A DNA stretch of 64,000 nucleotides. It comes from an uncultured Chloroflexia bacterium (GTDB taxonomy: Bacteria > Chloroflexota > Anaerolineae > CG2-30-64-16). A program made the translations under genes and the position numbers. The stretch covers positions 64,001 to 128,000 of the forward strand of contig CAVZDU010000006.1 in NCBI GenBank assembly GCA_963774265.1, given 5' to 3'. The first letter of the stretch is position 1, and every line of letters starts with the position of its first letter. The notes below the pieces were generated by a model. That model did not search any database. It was not told the DNA's origin and worked only from the letters and a program-made list of their open reading frames with translations. Shown piece by piece: positions 19,695 through 27,609 of the stretch.

Positions 19695-21363
19695 TCAAAT
19701 GTCCTCGGGCCCCAGGGCCTGCCGGATGTCCTGGATCTTGTGCCAGCGCTCGGGGCTGATACGGTAACCCGTGCCCGGCCCCAAGTAATCGTTCAGGTCG
19801 TTGACCGCGGCGATCACGTTGAAGTTGGCGTCCAGGATGGCGGAGGTGTGGAGATAGTCGCCGGAGACGCGCTGCTTCAGGATGTTGAAGACGTTGTTCG
19901 CCACGTCGACGAAACCACGCTTGGCCAGCGCCTTGGCGACATCAAGCCCTGTCACCGCCCGTGCCATCATCTCTTGCGCGGCCTTGGTGTCTTGCACCTT
20001 ATCGCGCAGCGGCACGTCTTTGCTGCCATGCGCGTAGGTGACGGCCTCGACCTCCTCGTCGGTGATCCTGGGCAGCCCCAGCTCATCGAAGACGGCTTGC
20101 AGCGCCCGCGCGGCCTTGTTGCGGATCGCGATGGCGTCGGCCTCGGCGACGGGAGACAGGCCGCCCTCGAGCTTCAGATCGCGCTGCAGGATCAGGAAGT
20201 CGTCGTAGTCGTCGCAGTCGAAGTTCGACCCGGCGAACATGTTGTCGTAGTTCGGCACGGAGCTGTAGCCAGAGAAGATCAGATCTGTGCCGGGGAGCGC
20301 CTGCATCAAGCATGCGCGCCGTGCGGCGGATGTCGGAGTGCGAGAAGGTCTGGTCGTTGCCCGAGGCCACTTCCAGGTCCAGGCACATGGTGGTCAGGTT
20401 CTCGGCCAGCACTGCGCGGATGCCGCCGGGCACGCCGCCGGGCACGCCGATGCAGCTGATGGAGCCGTTCTGCAAGCCCTGCACGCCGGCGCCCTTGGAG
20501 AGCATGACGCAGCGGATCTCCAGGTAGAGCATCGACTTGCCCTCGGCGTAGGCCATCTGCACTTCGGAGCCGGTGCCCGACGTGAAGCGCATCTTCAGGC
20601 CGCGCGAGGCGTAGGCCGAAGCCAGGAACGCCTTGGACCAGGGGGTGTCGTCGCCGTCCACGAACACCGGCTCGGTGCCGTAAACCGACACCGTTTCGGC
20701 GTAGGCGGTGATGCCGCGCATGCCGAGCTGGAGCTCCGTGGCTTCTTCCAGTGCACACTGCGTGATCACGCCGCCGCGGCCGGTCTGCGAGCCGACGAGG
20801 AGGCCCAGGGCGGTGAGTGGCGCATAGCGCGCCACGCCGACCGTATTCTCCATTTCCGAGAAGCCGTAGAGGCCGGCCTCGGCGCCGTCGGCCGCGATGA
20901 GCACGGGGTTATCCTGCACGTTTGTCACGTGACACTGGGTGGAGGGGGTGCGGCGCGCCCGCATCTTCTGGGCGCCCATCATCATCTCCAGCACGTTAAG
21001 GTAATCCAGCACTTCCGCGATCTTGGCGGCGGTTAGCCCGGAGAAGACCTCGGCCACGCGTGCGCGTGGCGTCTGGATGTCCACTACCATACGGGCGATC
21101 TCTTTGGAGTCAAGCGCCATCATCCGCTGGGCGATGGCCGTATTGATGGAGTAGTCCGCGATAAACCGCTCGATCATGTCAAAGCTGCTGCGCGGGCGGC
21201 CGTCCATCTCAACGATCTTGCCGTTCTCGACCTTGATGCTCGGTGAGGGGTCATTGGGGCTGCCCATGGCGATCATGCCAACCTCGGGCCACTCCTTGAC
21301 GAACCCATCCAGATTCACCGGCCTCTGTTCGAGAACCTCGAATCGCTTATGTCGTCGTGCCAT
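19695..21363 (-). CDS. pduC: B12-dependent diol/glycerol dehydratase large subunit; frameshift near 20310
   Basis: KRFEVLEQRPVNLDGF; KMRARRTPS; YAETVSVYGTE.VF.DGDDTPWSKAFLASAYASRGLKMRFTSG; NDQTFSHSDIRRTAR; PGTDLIFSGYS; GDYLHTSAI. Confidence 0.96.
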
Positions 21364-21385
21364 ACTCTTTCACCTCCCGCGTCAA

Positions 21386-21422
21386 AACGTTTGAACGTGA
21401 CAACGTTCCGACGTTTGAACCT
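21386..21422. repeat. 8-bp-period repeat with ACGT cores just upstream of the pduC RBS
   Basis: ACGT at 21387, 21395, 21403 and 21411; ACCT at 21419. Confidence 0.7.
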
Positions 21423-21433
21423 GTTGGCGTCCG

Positions 21434-22237
21434 TCAGATATACGGTACGCCGGCGGGCTTGGGCGTCTCGCCCAGGGTGCCCAGCAGCTTGAAGCCGACA
21501 TCGCGAGCCGCCATCACTGCCTGGCGGACGGCCCCAGCATCGCCGCTGAGGAAGCTGACGATCTCGTTGGTGAGGCTCAGCCCCGACTGCGGGCCGGCAA
21601 CGCCGATGCACTCGACATCGGCAGCCTTCAGCGCCGCATCGACCATCAGCACGCCGATGACCGCAGGTGCACCGACGGTCAGGCCGAAGGCCCGGCCGAC
21701 GGGCGCGTTGAACGCCTTCTGCAGCGCAAAGCTGGCGCGAGCCGTGTATTGGAGCTCGATGTGCCCCGCATCATTGGCGTACACATCGCCGAAGGTGCGC
21801 TTCAGATCCTTGAGCGCCACCTCGACCGCACGCCGGGCATCCGATACCTCTTCAGCGCCGAATATGATCAGGCAGCCGTGACCCGCCCCGCCCTTGGTAT
21901 CACGCGGCAGCTCAATCTTTACGATCTCAGTGTTGGTAGCCTTCACCGCCTCATCGGCGGCCATGATTTGCGGGCCGGCGCCGGTGCGGCCGCCGAAGAT
22001 GCCCACCGACCGGAACCGCTTGTCGAGCCCCAACTTCTCATGGAGCACAGGCTCCAGGTTAGCGATCACAATGCCCAGGGTGTCGCCTTGCCCGATGCCC
22101 ACGAACTCAGTCAGCCCCGGGTTGATCATCGGGCCGGCCGCGGGCGCCGCTGCGGCGGGCGCGGCGGCAGCCGGCGCGCCCGTGGCAATCTGGCGCATGA
22201 CTTGCTGTACGACACGTTCGACGAGATCGTCAGCCAT
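21434..22237 (-). CDS. pduB: BMC-T shell protein PduB
   Basis: MADDLVERVVQQVMRQI; LTEFVG..GDTLG.VIAN; GGRTGAGPQIMAADEAVKATNTE; ELPRDTKGGAGHG; GHIELQYTARAS. Confidence 0.95.
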   Translation of the reverse strand: MADDLVERVVQQVMRQIATGAPAAAAPAAAAPAAGPMINPGLTEFVGIGQGDTLGIVIANLEPVLHEKLGLDKRFRSVGIFGGRTGAGPQIMAADEAVKATNTEIVKIELPRDTKGGAGHGCLIIFGAEEVSDARRAVEVALKDLKRTFGDVYANDAGHIELQYTARASFALQKAFNAPVGRAFGLTVGAPAVIGVLMVDAALKAADVECIGVAGPQSGLSLTNEIVSFLSGDAGAVRQAVMAARDVGFKLLGTLGETPKPAGVPYI

Positions 22238-22271
22238 TACTTTCCTCCTTCATACTGATCGGCCAGCGGCC

Positions 22272-22571
22272 TCAGGCGACTACTTTGCGTTTCGGCAGCA
22301 ACGTCTCGGTGTCCATGTGCGGGCGCGGGATCACGTGAACGGAGACGACCTCGCCCACGCGGCGGGCCGCCTGCGCGCCTGCGTCAGTGGCCGCCTTCAC
22401 CGCACCTACATCGCCCCGGACCATGACGGTCACGAGGCCGGATCCGATCTTCTCGGAGCCGATGAGCTCGACGTTGGCGGCCTTGACCATCGCATCAGCC
22501 GCCTCGATCGCGCCGACCAGCCCGCGCGTCTCGATCAATCCGAGTGCTTCACCATTGCTTGTGTTAGCCAT
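22272..22571 (-). CDS. pduA: BMC-H shell protein PduA/PduJ
   Basis: [59 protein letters not shown]. Confidence 0.95.
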   Translation of the reverse strand: MANTSNGEALGLIETRGLVGAIEAADAMVKAANVELIGSEKIGSGLVTVMVRGDVGAVKAATDAGAQAARRVGEVVSVHVIPRPHMDTETLLPKRKVVA

Positions 22572-22996
22572 TGTGTTTTCCTTTCATCTAGTGCTGATTT
22601 GAGCGCATCGATGCCTTCGCCTGAATGCGAAGAGATACAGAAAATCTCGCCGGTCACGCCGATGTGGCGCAGAATTGCGATGGCCTGGTCGGGGCGGGCC
22701 GAAGGGGCATCGATCTTCGTCACCACACCGAGGACCGGCTGTCTAAACATGAGAAAATAGTTGGCCGGGACGAAGCTGTCCGTCCGCGTGGCGTCTTGGG
22801 CCACCAGCAGGAGCTGGGCATCAGCCGCGGTGGACATCAGATGGCGCCGCAACCGGCCCGTCTCCGAGTACTCGCCCGGCGTATCGATCGCCTGGCCGTC
22901 GTACTCGATCATCTGCGTTTTGATAACGGTCTTTTCCTTGGGGTACAGAGCGTTGAGCAGGGTCGTCTTGCCGGCCCCGATGCCGCCCCACAACAT
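22535..22996 (-). CDS. pduV: PduV/EutP small GTPase-like protein (ends uncertain)
   Basis: [40 protein letters not shown]. Confidence 0.9.
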   Translation of the reverse strand: MLWGGIGAGKTTLLNALYPKEKTVIKTQMIEYDGQAIDTPGEYSETGRLRRHLMSTAADAQLLLVAQDATRTDSFVPANYFLMFRQPVLGVVTKIDAPSARPDQAIAILRHIGVTGEIFCISSHSGEGIDALKSALDERKTQWLTQAMVKHSD

Positions 22997-23078
22997 GAAA
23001 TGCCACCGTCTGATTCGCGACCTCCCTTGGGCTGCCAGGCCAGATAGTCTGAGGCGACAGAAGGGAACGAAAACTCGC

Positions 23079-23429
23079 CTAGCTGCGCGTCAACAACGCG
23101 GGATGGAAGCCGAGCACGTCCTGCAAGCCGCGATTGACGGCCTCCACGGCGGTCTCGACACTGGACAGATCACCGGTAACAACCAGGGTTCCACTGAAAC
23201 GATCGACGAAGCCGATTTCGACGTTTGCGGCTTTGAGTGCAATGTCGGCCGCAATGATGGCGCTCTCGCCAGGGGTGACCGTGAGGATGCCAATCGCATC
23301 CGCCTCTTCAAGCCCGACACGGGTGCAGAGGGAGCGATCAGGATTTGCGATAACATGGGCAATGGTGACCTGCTTGCCAGGGACGTACTCCTGGATAATC
23401 CTGGACAGAGCCTGGTCGTGCTGCGTCAT
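23079..23429 (-). CDS. pduU: Circularly permuted BMC-H protein PduU/EutS
   Basis: RIIQEYVPGKQVTIAHVIANP; AIGILTVTPGESAIIAADIA.K; GFVDRFSGTLVVTGD. Confidence 0.95.
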   Translation of the reverse strand: MTQHDQALSRIIQEYVPGKQVTIAHVIANPDRSLCTRVGLEEADAIGILTVTPGESAIIAADIALKAANVEIGFVDRFSGTLVVTGDLSSVETAVEAVNRGLQDVLGFHPALLTRS

Positions 23430-23462
23430 CGCATCCCTCGCCCGTGAAACTTGATCCGATTA

Positions 23463-23491
23463 ATTTTAGCCCTCCGCCGGTGATTTAACAA
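23463..23491 (-). promoter_or_regulatory. Candidate sigma70 promoter of the pdu operon
   Basis: Minus strand TTGTTA (23491-23486), 17 nt, then TAAAAT (23468-23463), about 33 nt upstream of pduU. Confidence 0.55.
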
Positions 23492-23639
23492 TGGGGAAAG
23501 CGACGTGCGGGGTAGACAAATCTACGCCGGGCGCGCGACGAGAGCCGCCTCCCGGGACGCGTCCGGCAAAAACAATTGCCCCTGACTGGACAAACCTATG
23601 AAAAGTTGATTTTTGTGCAACGAGAGCCAGCACCTTAGC

Positions 23640-24171
23640 TTAGATCGAACGTGCGGGCCGCAAGCCGTAGCTCAGGATTACACCAAGAACAAGCCCCAGG
23701 ATGGTATGCATCACAAAGGACACGCCGAACCACTGCAACGTCTGAGCCGCCGTCCACCTCAACAGGATGGGGGTCGTCGCGAGGAGCGGCTGACTGAAGA
23801 TCTGCACGTACAGAACCGCAACGATGATGCCTTTCCTGAGCGTGTCCACGCGAAGAACGGCGATTTTAGCCACGGCTGCGCCAAGGATCGCGCCGACCAG
23901 CGGACCGATCAGATAGTGCGCGGCCACGCCCAGCCGAACATAGCCGGCTGACTCCATGCCCGGCATAGAGAAGAGCCGCGCCAGCGTCCTTCCGATCACC
24001 GAGAAGCAAGTGAGAGCCGGCAACCCTGCTGCCGATAACACCCCGATCAGGACAATGTCCATGACCAGCGTACCGGCAGCCCCTCCGAACAGCCCCCACC
24101 CCAGCCCCCTGGCGAGAGCCGGCCGCCACCGGCCGGCGCACCCGAGAACCACCCTGCACCATCGTCTCCAT
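23640..24171 (-). CDS. Uncharacterised 4-TM membrane protein; probable frameshift near 24120
   Basis: GGAGG RBS before METMVQGGSRV at 24171; main frame LARGLGWGLFGGAAGTLVMD...HYLIG...HTILG. Confidence 0.6.
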
Positions 24172-24243
24172 GTCTGTGCCTCCATGACGGGATGGGATGG
24201 TTTCCACAACAGGAAGTGTGCGGAAACCATCCCACGGGATCTA

Positions 24244-24424
24244 TCAGGCTCGTGCCGCCCTGGCTCCCCGGTCGCGCAGCTCAGCCTGATAGATCCTTCC
24301 AGCCTGGCCACCAGGTGGTGTGCCACCGATGGATGCGTGCGAAGAGCGAATGCGGCTTCGCCACCGCCCTACACCGGACCGGACAATCGGCGCAGCGATG
24401 CAGCTTCATGATTGACTCAACCAT
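24244..24424 (-). CDS. Small Cys/His/Trp-rich protein absent from the ORF track (47 aa as read, about 59 aa if one base is an error)
   Basis: ATG at 24424 overlaps the upstream stop (ATGGTTGA); MVESIMKLHRCADCPVRCRAVAKPHSLFARIHRWHTTWWPGWK. Confidence 0.6.
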
Positions 24425-24686
24425 TGTAACCCTCCCCTTGATCCATTCCTGGTTCTTTCGTATGGTTCCTGATCACCTGATTCGCAGAGAGCAACGTCAG
24501 GTTCAGATAACTCAGCTTATTCAAGACGCCCAGAAGAGCCGCCTGATCGGCGACGGGCCCGAAGAGAACCATTTCTCCGTTCTCCAACAACCTCATCTCC
24601 AAACCGTCCAGCCATTCGGACCAACGGCTGTTGAGGTGACCTCTGACATGAATCTCATAAGACATCGGACTGTTCTTGTCGGCCAT
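24417..24686 (-). CDS. Small conserved hypothetical protein (possibly ACT/ferredoxin-like) typically found beside MalT-like regulators
   Basis: YEIHVRGHL..RWSEWLDGL...LFGPVADQAALLGVLNKL..LNLTLLS; GGAAGG RBS. Confidence 0.7.
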   Translation of the reverse strand: MADKNSPMSYEIHVRGHLNSRWSEWLDGLEMRLLENGEMVLFGPVADQAALLGVLNKLSYLNLTLLSANQVIRNHTKEPGMDQGEGYNG

Positions 24687-24707
24687 CGTTCTACCTTCCT
24701 GAGCGAC

Positions 24708-24775
24708 ATTATAGGATTTTCACGCGAGGAAATCATCGACTGAAGGTTGCAGCTGGGGTTGTAGAAGTAGATGTA
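24708..24775 (-). promoter_or_regulatory. TATAAT -10 with three 12-bp-spaced direct repeats upstream
   Basis: Plus-strand ATTATA at 24708-24713; GTTGCA at 24746, GTTGTA at 24758, GATGTA at 24770. Confidence 0.55.
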
Positions 24776-24786
24776 TTTGCCGAACA

Positions 24787-24823
24787 AAAAGCCGGTCGGG
24801 ATCTGCCATCGCGGCCGGCTTTT
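24787..24823 (-). terminator. Terminator after the MalT-like gene
   Basis: AAAAGCCGGTCG...CGGCCGGCTTTT stem with A/T tails on both sides. Confidence 0.65.
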
Positions 24824-24848
24824 GGAGGGGAGCGCTCGATGCCCGCGT

Positions 24849-27581
24849 TTATTGGAAGAGATTCAGCTCTTTACCGCGCGAGATTGCCTGAGTCCGGGTG
24901 CTTGTTCCCAGCTTCGCGTAAATATTGCTGATGTGGCGTTTGACGGTTGGCAGGGAAATGACTAACCTGGCGGCGATGTCCTGGTTGGAGTATCCGGCTT
25001 CGACGAGCGCCAGGACTTCCAGCTCACGCGAGGTCAGCGGCTCGATCAACAGCTGAGCGGGAGGGATGGCGCGACCGGCAGCATGACCCATCGCGGACAA
25101 CAACTCCGCTGCGTAGCCGGCCCCAATCAGGTGCGATTTGGCCTGATAAAGCAGTTTCGCCATCGGTTCGCCCGCATCCAGGAAGGTGCGCATGTACCCT
25201 TCTGGCCGGGTGAGCGAGAAGGCCATCTTCAAGGCTGCCAGGGCTTGATCTACCTCCCTCTTCGCCTGGAAAGCAAGTGCCTGCAGGACCAGGGCTTCGA
25301 TCACGCGTGCCGTCCGGCTGGTTCCTTCGAGTTGCTGCAGCAACCAGCGCGCCAGCGCCAGGGCGGCATCGCTGTCATTCTGAGCCAGGTGCAGACGCAG
25401 CAGGATGAGGACCAATGGCTCGAGCTGGTGTGAGATCTTGCCTTCGCGGGGGAGGTTATCGATAGGCACACCACTTTCCTGAACGAGATCGAGCGCTTTT
25501 TCCAGATCTCCTTGGGCGACCCACAGCCGTGCCAGGCCGGACATCACCCAGTCGGACCGCCAGGGAGTGGGTTGGTGCTCACGCATCAGATGCTCGGCGA
25601 CCCGCATGGATTCCCGAGCCTCTTCGGATTGGCCCTGCGCGTGCGCCAGGCTGGCTAGCACCACGTGGCCTGTGGCCTGGTATTCAAGACTCCCCCAGGA
25701 GCCAGACAGCTCGATGGCCTGCCGGGCATACTTTGTCGCGTCGTCCATCCTGTTCCACTCATAGGATATCCTGGCCAGACCGGCATAGACTCTACCGGCG
25801 AGCGGAGAGACGCTGCCGTCCGCCATGTTCACCATCTGCGAGGCCTCGGAGTATATCCTGGCTGCCTGCTGGAGTTTTCCTTGCCCCATCAGAGCATCCG
25901 CAAGATTGGAACTTGCGGTGATGACGACAGATATGTTGCCGGCGGCCTGGCTGACCGACACTGAATCGGCGTAGGCGCTCTGGGCTTCAGCCAGATTGCC
26001 GTTCGTCCAGCTGGCGTCCCCCAGGAGGGAAGATGCGACGCTCCGCAGGCTGCACGAAAAATCGTTACTCGCCGGCAGACAATCCAGTGCCTGGCGGGCA
26101 AGATCCGAGGCGCGGCCCGGCTCTCCCCGCGCATTGGCTCGATGAGCACGAGCGGCCGTCAGGGTTCCCAACATGGTCCGCTGGTCGTCGGTGACTGGCA
26201 GAGGGGAAACCAGGCGCGCGGCAATCTCCAGGGCGCCTTCTGCCTGATCTGCTGGACCGGTAAGGCACAGCGCCCAGGCTTTCTGAATCGCGATCCAGGG
26301 GAGAGTCTGTGAATAGGGCTCAACCGTTTCGATCATACGCAGAAGATTGGTCGCTTCACCGCGCAGGAGTAGCAGGCAACCATTCTGCTCGAGCAGTTGA
26401 GCAGCCCGATCCAGGTCGTTCGCCAGCTGGGCATGCCGGATGGCATCAAAGAGCAATCCGTTTTGCTCGTACCATCGGGACGCCCGACGGTACAGATCGG
26501 GAAGCACACATGGATCAGCCTGCTCCAGGCGTCTGTTGAGCACGTCGGCGAAAAGGTGATGATAGCGATACCAGCGCCTTTCGCGGTCGAGCGGGATGAC
26601 AAACATGTTGGCTTGGTCGAGAGCTTCCAGCATTGCCTGCCCATCGAAAGATTCCACTTGATCCGCATTGACAACGGCCTCGCACAGCGAGCCACACATA
26701 CGGTCGAGAATGGATGATTGCAGCAAAAAGGTCCCCACCGTTTGGGTCTGGAGACTGAGCACTTCCTCGACCAGGTAATCCATGATGTAGTGGTGGCTGC
26801 CGGTGAAAGCCGACACAAAACCCGATACATCCTCCCTGCCTTGCATCGAAATGGCAGCCAGCTGTAGCCCTGCGATCCAGCCCTCCGTCCTGGCTTCGAG
26901 AGCGGTGATCGCATCGCCGGACAGTCTCAGCCCCATCACTTCGTTCAGAAAAGAGGTTATCTCCTCCCGTGTAAAGCGGAGCCGGTCGGCCCGGATATCG
27001 ATCAGTTGGCCGCGGACGCGCAGGCGGGAAAGCGGCAGGGGCGGGTCGGTTCGGGAGAGGATCATGAGGTGAAGCTGGGGCGGCGCGTGGTCCAGCAAAT
27101 AGGTGACTAGCTCCAGAACCGATCGAGCATGAATCGCGTGAAAATCGTCCAGAACGAACACGAATGGGGTCGCGCGTCCGGCGATCTGGTTGATGATGAT
27201 GTTCAGCAACGCGTCGTATGGGGCCGGCTGCATTTCCTGAAGCACGCCCAACAAGTCCAACTGAATCTCGGGGACGATTTTCCGAAGAGCACTGATGCAG
27301 TATTGCAGGAAGCGAATGGGATCGTTGTCGCCTTCATCAAGGGAGAGCCAGGTTGAAGCGACATCGTTTTCAGCCAGCCAGCTGCTGACCAGCGTGGTTT
27401 TGCCGTAGCCGGCGGGGGCAGAAACGAGCGTCAGGCTGCTGTTCAGGGCTCTCGATAAGGCATTGGCCAGCCGGGGGCGGGACACCAGGATTTGGCACGG
27501 CGCCGGGGCATGGAGCTTGGTGACGAGAAGAGTCTTCTCTATCGCATCGCTTTTCTGGAACTCGGGTTCATTGCTTTCCAT
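24849..27581 (-). CDS. MalT-like ATP-dependent LuxR-family transcriptional regulator (STAND NTPase, TPR, LuxR HTH)
   Basis: TKLHAP..VSRPRL, SAPAGYGKTTL, WLSLDEGDND, VLDDFH, RTEGWIAGLQLAA, WYRYHHLF, LTSRELEVL..GYSNQDIA..TVKRHISNIYAKLG. Confidence 0.93.
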   Translation of the reverse strand: MESNEPEFQKSDAIEKTLLVTKLHAPAPCQILVSRPRLANALSRALNSSLTLVSAPAGYGKTTLVSSWLAENDVASTWLSLDEGDNDPIRFLQYCISALRKIVPEIQLDLLGVLQEMQPAPYDALLNIIINQIAGRATPFVFVLDDFHAIHARSVLELVTYLLDHAPPQLHLMILSRTDPPLPLSRLRVRGQLIDIRADRLRFTREEITSFLNEVMGLRLSGDAITALEARTEGWIAGLQLAAISMQGREDVSGFVSAFTGSHHYIMDYLVEEVLSLQTQTVGTFLLQSSILDRMCGSLCEAVVNADQVESFDGQAMLEALDQANMFVIPLDRERRWYRYHHLFADVLNRRLEQADPCVLPDLYRRASRWYEQNGLLFDAIRHAQLANDLDRAAQLLEQNGCLLLLRGEATNLLRMIETVEPYSQTLPWIAIQKAWALCLTGPADQAEGALEIAARLVSPLPVTDDQRTMLGTLTAARAHRANARGEPGRASDLARQALDCLPASNDFSCSLRSVASSLLGDASWTNGNLAEAQSAYADSVSVSQAAGNISVVITASSNLADALMGQGKLQQAARIYSEASQMVNMADGSVSPLAGRVYAGLARISYEWNRMDDATKYARQAIELSGSWGSLEYQATGHVVLASLAHAQGQSEEARESMRVAEHLMREHQPTPWRSDWVMSGLARLWVAQGDLEKALDLVQESGVPIDNLPREGKISHQLEPLVLILLRLHLAQNDSDAALALARWLLQQLEGTSRTARVIEALVLQALAFQAKREVDQALAALKMAFSLTRPEGYMRTFLDAGEPMAKLLYQAKSHLIGAGYAAELLSAMGHAAGRAIPPAQLLIEPLTSRELEVLALVEAGYSNQDIAARLVISLPTVKRHISNIYAKLGTSTRTQAISRGKELNLFQ

Positions 27582-27609
27582 GTCACCTCAACTCACCGCA
27601 TGGGATGCG

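Noticed and set aside
16549-21363. Pseudogenisation or programmed frameshifting of pduC/E/G
   Set aside because: Frameshifts are equally common in unrelated genes, no slippery-site pattern is evident and catalytic motifs are intact.
23430-23640. Cobalamin riboswitch ahead of the B12-dependent operon
   Set aside because: No B12-box or GGGAA...CCCGC.ACTGT core seen by eye; a covariance-model search would settle it.
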